A stretch of 64,000 nt of DNA, from NCBI GenBank assembly GCA_020184695.1, contig JAANOX010000153.1, positions 1,054,001 through 1,118,000 on the forward strand, given 5' to 3'. Origin of the DNA: Histomonas meleagridis 2922-C6/04-290x. Taxonomy: Eukaryota > Protista > Parabasalia. Within the stretch, counting starts at the first letter, position 1. Each line of letters starts with the position of its first letter. A program made the position numbers and the translations under genes. The notes beneath the pieces are model-generated. The model did not search any database, was not told the origin of the DNA, and saw nothing but the letters and a program-made list of their open reading frames with translations. Positions 22,769 through 33,620 of this stretch are shown one piece after another.

Positions 22769-25700
22769 CTAAAATTTATATGAGCAAATTTTTCTTGTTC
22801 CGGTTTCTGTTATTGCTAAAATTCTTTTCTCGCCCATGATTACATTTACGAACTCCGGTTCTATCTGTTCATTTATTTCCTTTATAACGCATAGTTTATA
22901 AGCATCTATGACAATAATCTTTTTTGTTTCCAATACCACAATTATGTACTCTGAGAAGTCTTCTGCTTGAAGGTTTAACATCTTTACTACATGTCCTGTC
23001 ACATGAATTGATTTTAATTCATTTCCACAAATATCGAAAATTGATATTGTACCATTAGTATTCTCAGAAACGCTTGAAGACGCCACAATAAATCCGCATT
23101 TTGTGACCAGTAATTGGTGTCGACATTCATTTTGACAATTAATTTTGAAGCTATAAATGAATCTTTTGTCATCAATTGAAGAGCAATAAACCTGATGATT
23201 CTCATCAACGCTGACCAAGATGTCGAGTGAAGCGTCTCCAGCGATACCTATAACAGGAAATGATTGAACTGATAATGTTGTAAAAAGTTCAAGAGAAGGG
23301 AGTTCATAGATACTAATAGAACAATCACTACCACCTGTAGCGAAATATCTATCACTAATGATAGTTGAGCATAAAATTGGACCACATTTTTGTGATACAC
23401 GAGCAGTGAGTGTTACATTTCCATTTGTACCATTATATTTATAAGAAGCCGCGTAAGAACCACCTCGAGGGATAAGGATCAAAGTTGAATTCGGAATTGA
23501 TAAAATACATTTAAATCGATTCTTTTTAATTTTCATTCCTAATTTGATCGAATTCCCATTTATGCATGTCAAGAAAGGAACATTAGAATTAGTACTTAGC
23601 ACATACTGACCTTCAAATGTTAAAACATCTGAATTCACTACTTCGAATTTGGCATCAAGTGATTTCAATGGTAAATTCGACGGTTGCGGGAACCGTTTAG
23701 GGTGTTGATTGAATAAAATTTGGTCTGGACAAATACCAAAATTAGCACTATGATGAGTACCTAACATGAACAATGTCTTATCATTCTTTACGATTGGGTC
23801 GTTAATCCATTCCGGGTATGAAAAGAAATGGAAAACGTTATATTTTTCGAAACTTCTTCTATATACACCAAATATTAAATCGATCCAATTATTAATATTT
23901 TGAGATACGTATTCACTTTCCAAACCTTTTCTTTGTATTCCAATGAAATCTAAAGGTGTTGAAGCCCAATTTGGTAAAACCACATCATTTACTATCCGCC
24001 CAGTCATTGTTTTACCCAAATCGAATTTATTTTCATTAATTAGAAAATGGAAATCACTATAAAATTGAGGAATTAATTCACGGAAATCACTTAAAGTTGA
24101 AGAAGCAGATTCAAAAGATTCTGGAATACCCAAAAATAATCGATCAGCGTGATCGAATTTACCATCTTGTAATAATATATGTAAAGTTGTAAAAGGTTCA
24201 GATCTAATCATAAAACCAATAACATTAGCAGCGTTCGAATAATGAGTTCTATAAATACATTTTTCAGTAACTTCTACATTAGCGTCATATAACTTTATCA
24301 GTTGTTGAAGTCTTTGTTGATTAAATGCGCCAACAGGTAAATTAAAATCGCGATAAACATCCGGGTTATTTAAGTTAATTTCATTCGAATGATAATCTTT
24401 AAATACCCAAGGAAAGATAGGATAATGTGATAAATCATTTAATGATCTTCCAGACAACAAATTTAATATCATTATATATGTAAATGTAGAAATACTATGG
24501 TTTTGCCACATTTCGATGAATCCTCCTTTTGTTAATAATTCATTACCACTTAAGTTTTGATATATTGAGTTACAAGTTTTCCTACAAATTCTAAAGAAAT
24601 CAAATCGTTTTTCATCATTATTTACATTATTATTATTATTTATCATATTATAACATTTTTTAATCGATGTATAAAAGTTTTGACGGATTTCATTTGTATT
24701 AAAAAAGAATAAATATGACTTATTATTAGTTGTATATATTTCACAAGCATTATCTTCAATAACATTTTTCCGATTAAAGATAAAACTTATTAAATTTAAT
24801 GGGATTTTAATTATTTTCTTTTTATCTTTTCTCTCTTTTTCTTGTAAAGGAATACCGAATGAATTAAATGCGGCAATTCCATCAAATAATATTCGATCTG
24901 ATAATATATGAATATTCCCTTGATAACGATATAATAATGTAATATATAATACATGGAATGATGCAAGTGTTAATTCTTTTTTATTTGTATTTGTTGGGAC
25001 ATTTTGATCTAATATTCGTTTAAATGGTGTTAACTCTTGATCATTATTCTCAGCTAAATATGGTAATGAATCTCGAATAGCTGAAGCTTTTTGATGTTTA
25101 TCAAAGTTTCGATTAATTTTTAAGGTCATACATCGTAAAGTCCAATCGATTTTATTATTAAATTTCCATTTTAAGTCTGAGGTATTTAATGATAATAAAT
25201 TAAAATTAACTTCTCGTAAATATGTTGAAGATAATTTCGAATTTAATCGTTCATTAAACAAAAATTGTTTAAGTTCTCGAACATAACTTTCTTTATATGT
25301 ATTAATAATACCTTCATTTGAATTAAAGTCAATTAATTTTTGATAATTATTTAATGTTTGTAATGATTTTGAGATTTGTAAAATTTCATTATTAATATTA
25401 TCATTTGAAATTTCATTCATTGTTTGTTCAATTCGTTTATTAAATGAATCAATATAATTATATAATTCATATTCATTTAATTCAATGATTTCATCGATTT
25501 CTGGAAGATTATCTTGATCTATTTTCTTTAGAAATGAAATCGATTCATTAAATATTTGATCTGGTATTTTATTTTTAATATCTATAGCGATGTTTGAATA
25601 TTTTTCATATAATTTGTTTTTGTTTTCACTTAATAATATTAATAATGACATAAATAATGAATAAAATGAAAATGTATAAAATTTATTATTTTCTGTTATA

Positions 25701-28700
25701 TTTAATTCAAGATTTGGATTTAATTCTAATATATTACATAATGATATTAATAAATCTGAATCATAATGAATATAAAAATGTATAATATCATTAATATTAT
25801 TATTAAAGACTAATAATTCTTGAAGTAAAATTTTTGTTTTTGATGATGTTAATGTTTGATATGATTCAACATTTTCTATTTCATAAGTTGATAATAATTC
25901 TCTTATTATAATTGTTAAGAATTTTTGATGTAAATTTGTTTCATTTATAATTCCATTTATAACTCTTTTACATATATCACAAATTAATGGATATATATCT
26001 ATTTTTAATATATAATAAATAGATTTCAAAAATAATAAAATTGTATTTAATATATTTTCATCTTTAGTTTGTAGTATAATATCAGCATAAATTTTTCCTT
26101 TTTCATTATTATTATTATAAGAAATTAATAATATCCAATATGGCCATGATTTATCTTCTAATAATAAATTGATTGGTATATTAAATTCTTTTTTATTTTT
26201 AATGAATTGAGAACAATAACAAAATAAACCAAAAAATTCAAATTGATTTTCTTTAAATATATAATCATATAATAACATATAAATATCATTAAATTCTTTA
26301 ATATTTTCATTAATAATAAAAGGTAATATTAATATAATTTCATTAAATTTTTGTTTAGTTTTTATTATATTTTCTTTTTCTAATTTATTTACATAATATA
26401 ATAACTTTAACGAATATAATATTTTATCATTAAAAGGTTTTAAGAATTGATTTAATAAGAATTCATAAATATTTAAGAATTGTAATGCTATAGTTAATTT
26501 CTTTTCTTTAGATAACACAATTTTTTCGATTAATTGGAAAGTGTTTTTTCTAATTTCTTGATTATTATGATAAAATGCAATTACTAATAAGAATATTATT
26601 GTTGATTCTGATAAATGTTTAATTAAAGTTCCTTCATAAAACTTAAATTGTAATGATTTAATTTCATTAATATCGATATCATTTTCATTTTTTTCATTAT
26701 TAATATCATTAAATTCTAAATAATTTTCATCATTTAATTCATATTCTTCTATTTGATTGTTATTAATAATACAAATTTGTAATAACAAGAAATCAAATGA
26801 TACATAATTAAAATATTCTGGATAATCAATTAATAAACTTTGTAAATTAGTAATTAAATTTATTTGTATTAATGAAGAAGTTTTTGACCATAAAATAAAA
26901 TTCATAAATATATATCTTAACATTTGATTTCGTAATGAATCATTTGTTAAATTAATTAATATATCTCCTAAAGCTTGAGGTATATTTAATAAAAATGCTT
27001 CTGGTTTAATCTCTTGAAATATACCTTCTAATAAACGAAATCCTCCAATTGATTCAAAGTTTTGTTCCATATCTTTCGAGATATTTAATATCGTATTTAA
27101 TAATATTAATATTTGATAAAATAATTCATCTTTACCTTCACCTACAAATTCTTTATTAACTAATGTAAATAATGGTAATATTAATTGGAAAATACTTTGA
27201 TATTGTATAATACTTTTAATAGTTGAACAAAATTCTACTGCATTACCTACAAGTACTGCTGTTTGTGAATCTTTAGTTACATCGAATATTTCAGTTTCAT
27301 TAGTATTTTCTGGATCATAAAAACATATGAATTTTTTGATTTTATTTGAGTTATATTTCTCAAAGATTTCATGAATGTTTTCTGATTGTATTAAATATGT
27401 TGCTCCGATATCACCACTAAATGTATTAACTTGTGTACTTCCAATTCGTATTAAACCATTAGTAATGAATTCAAATTTCGGTATTTTTATTGTCGATATT
27501 TTCTTTTGATTTAAATATAATATAATTTCTTTAATCGAATATTCAATAGCTATTTGATACCATTTAAAACGTTTTAAATTAACACCAAATTTCGATGTGA
27601 AATTTACATTTGAATCATTTCGACATATTTTAATATCACTATCTGATATTGAAAAACTTAAAATCGAATTATTATCTTCAGTAAATGATAATATTGGATC
27701 TTCTTCAGTAGTTGGTGTATCTAATCGAATAGTGGTAATAAAAGTCCAAGAAGAATTTAATATAGTTGAAGAAATCGAAGGACCGAAAATTCCTGTTTGT
27801 AATCCATTAAAATGAAAGAAACAATTTATAGGTAAACTTTGATCTTTATTTAATAAATCGATCAAAGTTTTAATTAAAGTTTGATGATATATAGTTCTTT
27901 GATTATTTTGTGTATTATTATATAATGATCGAAACACTTGATTCATAGATAAAGGTGAAAAGAATAAAGAACCTATAGTTTGGAATAAGAGCAAAGCTTT
28001 TTCTCGTAACTTTTCATTTTTAGCTCGATCGAGTGAATAATTTAATGCGTTTATATGAAAACATTCGAATATATTTGAAGTACTTCCTTTACATAATGAT
28101 ATCATGTCGTCTAATATTAATTCATCAAATTCTGTGTCTTTACTTACATTAATTAATATACCTAATGGTGCACGATTTTGTATCATTGGTAATGTATAAA
28201 ATTGTAATGAAGTTTGTTTATTCATTGCAAAACTGAATAAACTTTCAGCAATTTCTTCATTTAATTTAATGTCATTAAATGCATTTTGTAAATTTAAAAA
28301 TATAGTTGATGAAGGTGATGATAATAATGGAATCGAATTCGGAAATCGTTGACAAATCGCTGATAATAATTTAATAACTAATAATAATGTTTTTGAATCT
28401 TTTGTAAATTTCGGTAATTTTGAAATAACTAAGAAAAACTTTTGTTTCATTAACTCTTGTGGTATTTCTTTATTAAATGAAGGTATTGCTTCAATAAATA
28501 TTTCGATTAAATCATTCGATATGTTTTGATGACTTTTATTCTTTTGTGCTTGTTTAAAGAATTGCGTCAACAAACCAGAAATCTTTAATACAATTGGATT
28601 AGCTTTTGATAATGCTAAATTTTTACTAATTTTTAATCCATTTAAAAAACATGGCAATAAAAGTTTTTGATATCTTTCATTTAAGATTAATTGTATTAAT

Positions 28701-30403
28701 ATCGTTGATAATATATGTGAATTAAAAAAATCAAATGTTTTAATTGTACAAATAACTTGTAAATATGCAACAATAGAATCAATACGATTTTGATACTTCG
28801 GTTGATTTAAAAATGGAAATATATTATCAAATAAGCCAACAGAAATCATTTCGCTTACAAAGTTAATACTTAAATCTGCTAATAACATAGTTCGTAAATA
28901 TGGCATAAACCAATAAACGATTGGAAATGAATTAACATTAATTAATTCTGATAAATAACTAAGAAATTGTACTCGTGATTCTTTCTTAGTTCCTGTGTTC
29001 TTAAGTATTAATCCAATTGTTATGTCGCATAACTTTAAATGTAAATCTGTAAATTGTTTATCTTCAGTCGAAAATATGTTTTTGTCGATGCAATATCGTA
29101 AGATTTCACATAATACATTCGCTGAGATTTCATTCGAATTTAATAAACCACAAATTAATAAATATATTAATTGATAAAAATTTGTACTTGTTTCATTAAT
29201 GCCTTCAAAAAATGTTTTGATCATTATTTCTGAATTAGGATTTTTGGATTCGAAAAATTTCGGTAAAAATTTAGTTATATCATTTAAGATTTGCTTTGTA
29301 AATGTAATCGGTTTTGGTATTGTTTGAACTGAATGTGTTGATAAATATTCATTTAATGTTACATATTCTAATGTCTCATCAGTATCAAATGAATCTTTAA
29401 CATATTTGACTTCATCTTCAAATGGATATGATAATGTTATCGAATTTAAAAATATGCTTAATGCTTTAGATGAACAAATTGAACATTGTTCATCAAATGA
29501 ATCAACTAACAATGATAATAATTCATAGATACGAATGGTCATCCCAATGCTTTCGGATTGAACTTGACATATCGATAAATATTTGGATAAGTCATATGAA
29601 AGGTTTCGTTTTTGTGGAACTTTAATGGAATTAATTAGATCAAAAAGTGCTATGATAAAGTATTCAAAAATGGATAAAAATAAATCATAGCCATCAATGC
29701 TCTCTTTTGTTTCAAGCCATGCATTAAAGACGGCAATAACAAAGTTAAAGTATTTAATGAGGTTTTGCTTACTACTTGATGGAACAATTAATTTTAAAAA
29801 TTCAACTAATGAGCCATATATTGAATGATTTTCAGGAAGTGATAAAATTTCATTAAAGTGATTGGAATATGCATCATACAATGGATCAAGACATTCAATA
29901 AATTCAGAAACTAATTCATTGTTACTATTATTAATGAGATATTCAATAGGAAGATGAATTAATTTCCAAACATGTTGTGGGAAAATAGGCGTCCCAAGCT
30001 TGAGTTCTGATTTGATTGCATTTTCAATTTGAACAGATATGGAAATGTATCCTCGAAAAATAAAATCTGCAACATACTTGGAATTAATTGATTTTACACT
30101 TTGTTTATTTTGCTCTAATGCTGTTTGAGCTAGGATGCAGGAAGTAAGAATATCAACATCTTTGAGATGAAAAAGTTCAATGCATTTTTGTGTTATCTCA
30201 GTTGAAGTGTGGCAATTTTGAAGCGTTCGATTAATAAGTCGTGTGTCTGTTGGTGAATACTGAATTGAATTAATAAAATTATCAATTGGTGTGAATTGAC
30301 TTTGTTTCACCTTGACTAATTTAATAGGCTTTGAAAAATACTTGATCCAAACAAGATGATAAGATTTAGCTCCTAATTGGAACAATACATCTGTCCCTTT
30401 CAT
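22769..30403 (-). CDS. BEACH-domain protein (neurobeachin/LYST-like: LamG-like, PH, BEACH, WD40)
   Basis: ISTFTYIMILNLLSGRSLNDLSHYPIFPWVF, YRTHYS, GKFDHADRLF, DFRELIPQFY, VVLPNWA, WIDLIFG; upstream PH-like segment and C-terminal WD repeats. Confidence 0.93.
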   Translation of the reverse strand: MKGTDVLFQLGAKSYHLVWIKYFSKPIKLVKVKQSQFTPIDNFINSIQYSPTDTRLINRTLQNCHTSTEITQKCIELFHLKDVDILTSCILAQTALEQNKQSVKSINSKYVADFIFRGYISISVQIENAIKSELKLGTPIFPQHVWKLIHLPIEYLINNSNNELVSEFIECLDPLYDAYSNHFNEILSLPENHSIYGSLVEFLKLIVPSSSKQNLIKYFNFVIAVFNAWLETKESIDGYDLFLSIFEYFIIALFDLINSIKVPQKRNLSYDLSKYLSICQVQSESIGMTIRIYELLSLLVDSFDEQCSICSSKALSIFLNSITLSYPFEDEVKYVKDSFDTDETLEYVTLNEYLSTHSVQTIPKPITFTKQILNDITKFLPKFFESKNPNSEIMIKTFFEGINETSTNFYQLIYLLICGLLNSNEISANVLCEILRYCIDKNIFSTEDKQFTDLHLKLCDITIGLILKNTGTKKESRVQFLSYLSELINVNSFPIVYWFMPYLRTMLLADLSINFVSEMISVGLFDNIFPFLNQPKYQNRIDSIVAYLQVICTIKTFDFFNSHILSTILIQLILNERYQKLLLPCFLNGLKISKNLALSKANPIVLKISGLLTQFFKQAQKNKSHQNISNDLIEIFIEAIPSFNKEIPQELMKQKFFLVISKLPKFTKDSKTLLLVIKLLSAICQRFPNSIPLLSSPSSTIFLNLQNAFNDIKLNEEIAESLFSFAMNKQTSLQFYTLPMIQNRAPLGILINVSKDTEFDELILDDMISLCKGSTSNIFECFHINALNYSLDRAKNEKLREKALLLFQTIGSLFFSPLSMNQVFRSLYNNTQNNQRTIYHQTLIKTLIDLLNKDQSLPINCFFHFNGLQTGIFGPSISSTILNSSWTFITTIRLDTPTTEEDPILSFTEDNNSILSFSISDSDIKICRNDSNVNFTSKFGVNLKRFKWYQIAIEYSIKEIILYLNQKKISTIKIPKFEFITNGLIRIGSTQVNTFSGDIGATYLIQSENIHEIFEKYNSNKIKKFICFYDPENTNETEIFDVTKDSQTAVLVGNAVEFCSTIKSIIQYQSIFQLILPLFTLVNKEFVGEGKDELFYQILILLNTILNISKDMEQNFESIGGFRLLEGIFQEIKPEAFLLNIPQALGDILINLTNDSLRNQMLRYIFMNFILWSKTSSLIQINLITNLQSLLIDYPEYFNYVSFDFLLLQICIINNNQIEEYELNDENYLEFNDINNEKNENDIDINEIKSLQFKFYEGTLIKHLSESTIIFLLVIAFYHNNQEIRKNTFQLIEKIVLSKEKKLTIALQFLNIYEFLLNQFLKPFNDKILYSLKLLYYVNKLEKENIIKTKQKFNEIILILPFIINENIKEFNDIYMLLYDYIFKENQFEFFGLFCYCSQFIKNKKEFNIPINLLLEDKSWPYWILLISYNNNNEKGKIYADIILQTKDENILNTILLFLKSIYYILKIDIYPLICDICKRVINGIINETNLHQKFLTIIIRELLSTYEIENVESYQTLTSSKTKILLQELLVFNNNINDIIHFYIHYDSDLLISLCNILELNPNLELNITENNKFYTFSFYSLFMSLLILLSENKNKLYEKYSNIAIDIKNKIPDQIFNESISFLKKIDQDNLPEIDEIIELNEYELYNYIDSFNKRIEQTMNEISNDNINNEILQISKSLQTLNNYQKLIDFNSNEGIINTYKESYVRELKQFLFNERLNSKLSSTYLREVNFNLLSLNTSDLKWKFNNKIDWTLRCMTLKINRNFDKHQKASAIRDSLPYLAENNDQELTPFKRILDQNVPTNTNKKELTLASFHVLYITLLYRYQGNIHILSDRILFDGIAAFNSFGIPLQEKERKDKKKIIKIPLNLISFIFNRKNVIEDNACEIYTTNNKSYLFFFNTNEIRQNFYTSIKKCYNMINNNNNVNNDEKRFDFFRICRKTCNSIYQNLSGNELLTKGGFIEMWQNHSISTFTYIMILNLLSGRSLNDLSHYPIFPWVFKDYHSNEINLNNPDVYRDFNLPVGAFNQQRLQQLIKLYDANVEVTEKCIYRTHYSNAANVIGFMIRSEPFTTLHILLQDGKFDHADRLFLGIPESFESASSTLSDFRELIPQFYSDFHFLINENKFDLGKTMTGRIVNDVVLPNWASTPLDFIGIQRKGLESEYVSQNINNWIDLIFGVYRRSFEKYNVFHFFSYPEWINDPIVKNDKTLFMLGTHHSANFGICPDQILFNQHPKRFPQPSNLPLKSLDAKFEVVNSDVLTFEGQYVLSTNSNVPFLTCINGNSIKLGMKIKKNRFKCILSIPNSTLILIPRGGSYAASYKYNGTNGNVTLTARVSQKCGPILCSTIISDRYFATGGSDCSISIYELPSLELFTTLSVQSFPVIGIAGDASLDILVSVDENHQVYCSSIDDKRFIYSFKINCQNECRHQLLVTKCGFIVASSSVSENTNGTISIFDICGNELKSIHVTGHVVKMLNLQAEDFSEYIIVVLETKKIIVIDAYKLCVIKEINEQIEPEFVNVIMGEKRILAITETGTRKICSYKF

Positions 30404-31067
30404 CCAGTTCGAACTATTATAACGGTCGCCATCATCTTCAAGAAGCTCAAACTAAATTTTAATATTTGTTAAGTAAAAAATAATAATCCTTGATTATAGA
30501 TATTAAAATTCTATGATTATTTTCAAAGTATAAATATATAACAACACATTCATCTCTTAATACGAAGCAAATGATTTTTCATCGTTTACAGTTGACATTA
30601 AAAGTGACGTTTTATAAAAATTTAAAATGTTTACACAATGGATATTTGAAAAGCACTTTTCATATTAAAAACAATAGTTAACCATTGAATTCACAAAAGT
30701 TCACATTATTGGGCCCAATAATTTTAACATCATAGCACATTAATTAAAGAACAAAACAAACGAAATCGGAAAACTTCAAGAAATATTTCTCTGTGATGTC
30801 ATAGCATTGAACCAAAAGAAAAGAAGAAGACCAGAAAAGACACCACGAAAGTTATACACTGATCTGTCGTTCCAAAGCTGATGCTACAGACTTATCAGAT
30901 AAAAATTAAATTTATTTTTAAAAAAATATGAACAAATATTTCTAAAATAGTATTTACATAATGTTTTGTAATTTAAATCAACTTTTCATTCACAGGATGA
31001 CAGTACAGAAAAAAAATATTTTCCCCATAAAAAACCGAAATAATTCACAAAAATTATATAATATCTA

Positions 31068-32396
31068 TTAGTACACAGTCGGCAATGTACACGCCACGTA
31101 GTTCGGCACGGAGCCGATACCTCCGTAATTATGCTTCAGTATCTTATTATACGAAATTATCTCTGCCTGATAAACTTCGAATGGATCTTTCTGTTGCTCA
31201 ATTAGTTTCTTAAGCTCTTCATCTGCTTGACTCATTTCCATTATTTGCCTTACAAATTCTTTTCCAAACGATGTTTGATTTGAATGGTTTACACTTTCAA
31301 ATGATTTGGCTAACAATGGGAAAAAGTGTTGAGATATACTTTGCCGATATTCTGAGATATCGATTGTAGTTATCATAAAGTTACATACTTCAGATAAAAC
31401 AAATGAATGTTCTGGAAATTTTTCAAATAAACTCGATACTGTTGATACTAGTTTGTCCACATTAATATGATGGAAAACATCGCTATAACTTGAGTATAAA
31501 GTAAGAAAATGAAGTGCTTCGGTTTGATAAGGATAGAAAAAATTATCATCTGTTTCAATCGTTTCAAGGGCTAATTCAAACAATGACGAAAATTCTGTGG
31601 CCGGTACAAGTAATATTAACACATTAACTAATTTCCATTGGAGTGAAATTACATTATTAAGATTATGATCAAAATGATTGGCAGCTAAACAAATTAAACG
31701 AGGTGAAATGTAATCATCTGTAATAGTAGATAAGCTACAAAACTTAATTAATAATTTGTATAAATTTATGACATAATCGGATGTTTCAAAGTTGGGTTCA
31801 TCATGCCAATAAGTAATACGCTCTATGATTTGGTTGGTTATGTCTATGGTTTTGAAAAAATTGTTAAAGATTGCATTGTTTAAGTTGATTAACTTCTCAA
31901 ACAAAGAATATATCATTGGATTACCAACAATGTCAAGGAGTACCGGAAGTGAATGAAATGTGTCTTCGATACTTTCAGGATAATTTGTTAAACATAATTC
32001 TATTATTTCCGAAAGTTTGGAAATTGAAGGTAAATTCTCAGGATTTTTAACTGATTCATGAATGTAATGATCAATTGCTTTATCGTTATCGCATATTGCT
32101 CCGATTATTTTAGGAATATTTAAGTTAATAATTTTCATACCTCTTTTTGAAGCATCTGCATATTGTGGAGCCAAAATACATTCCAACATATCTGGGATAT
32201 GGTTAGTGATAAAAGTCAAAACTGTTGGGTCTCTTCTCAATACAGCAAGATTTGCTGAAGATTCTCTTAAAAAATCGGTCATTTGGTAACCTTCTGCCAG
32301 AACCTTTTCTTGTATGGGCACTCTTAGTATGGGATTTTTGGATATTGGTGAAAGGTTCTGCATGATTTTGGAGTGATGGAAACGCGCCCTTTTCAC
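31068..32396 (-). CDS. Hypothetical helical-repeat protein, possibly SAPS/PP6 regulatory-subunit-like
   Basis: N-terminal segment DFLRESSANLAVLRRDPTVLTFITNHIPDMLECIL resembles the start of SAPS proteins; weak, by eye only. Confidence 0.4.
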   Translation of the reverse strand: MKRARFHHSKIMQNLSPISKNPILRVPIQEKVLAEGYQMTDFLRESSANLAVLRRDPTVLTFITNHIPDMLECILAPQYADASKRGMKIINLNIPKIIGAICDNDKAIDHYIHESVKNPENLPSISKLSEIIELCLTNYPESIEDTFHSLPVLLDIVGNPMIYSLFEKLINLNNAIFNNFFKTIDITNQIIERITYWHDEPNFETSDYVINLYKLLIKFCSLSTITDDYISPRLICLAANHFDHNLNNVISLQWKLVNVLILLVPATEFSSLFELALETIETDDNFFYPYQTEALHFLTLYSSYSDVFHHINVDKLVSTVSSLFEKFPEHSFVLSEVCNFMITTIDISEYRQSISQHFFPLLAKSFESVNHSNQTSFGKEFVRQIMEMSQADEELKKLIEQQKDPFEVYQAEIISYNKILKHNYGGIGSVPNYVACTLPTVY

Positions 32397-33620
32397 TTTT
32401 TGTGAGAAGTGTGAAATTCCCCTGATATTTGTATACTTTACACAATAAAACGTTGGTTAACATTTAATGCCGTTTACAATTAAACAACTTCACAGTGAAG
32501 TTGGCACACGATGATGTGAAGTATCGGTAAATCGGAATTACATTAGAAAGAAATTGGGAATATATTATTGGTATTATCGTCGTTTCTTTGTTAACATAAG
32601 CCATTTGGAAAAATTGATGAAATTTGAAGATGATTTGTATGGTAAATAAAAAATTAAAAAATAAAGTAAGGTGACATCCAATGTTGTGTTGTGGTTCATT
32701 TTTTGTTGTTTTCAAGCTTGTAAAATTCGGGAAAAAATAATAATTTATTATTTTGAAAAAATGTCTTTTATAAAAGCAAAAACTTTGAGATTTAGTATAA
32801 AAAAGTAATTTTCTTTAAAAATGCTGAAATTAGTAAAATATTGCTGTTATGGAATCAAAGAGCGACTCTGGCCTCCATAAAAACCTAAACGTACATGACA
32901 AGAAATTCAATTCGATAGAATATTGAATCAACACAACCGAAGTGAGTTCACTTTTTTGGCGTAGCGGTCTTGGGATCCATAAATATGCGAGTGAGTGAGA
33001 TCACTAATCTTGATCAAGATTTATGCTATATCTGTTGTTATAAAACATAATAATATGACTCATTTAATAGAATTTTAATATAATATAAAAAAATTAAATT
33101 TAAAATCATAAGAATTTATTTGTAAAAACAATTAAAGCTTTTAAATTGCGAAGATGTAAATGTTTTCAGCAAGAATTTAGCAACAATGCTTTTAGATCAA
33201 CCGTATGGCGATGATTGCATTTAATCTTAAGTTTTTCTATTTTAACGGACATTCAAATTATATTCCACTTTTTGAATATACCGATAAAAACGATTAACCA
33301 ACAAACGGATCAAAATCAAATCAAAGTAAATTTATTATCGTTTTACTTGGAATTGCTTTTCAAAAAGTTTCTTCGTGGCTGTTCTTTTTGGTTAAAAATT
33401 CCAAAATACATCATATATAAACATTATTTAAATAAGGTCACAAGTATTAAGATGCAAAATGTTTATGTTTCCATGAGTTAACCTTTCCATAAACAATATT
33501 TTTTATATTTGTTCAACTTTTATATTTCTCTCATTTTTACAAATGTTGTCGTTTTCATTCCTCTCAAAATTGAATAGATTGCCAGAACGATCGAATTGAT
33601 TTTCACTTCACTATTTCTGG

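Noticed and set aside
30705-30722. 18-bp perfect palindrome attattgggcccaataat (and a 16-bp one at 33006-33021)
   Set aside because: Palindromes of this length are expected about once to a few times in 64 kb of AT-rich sequence.
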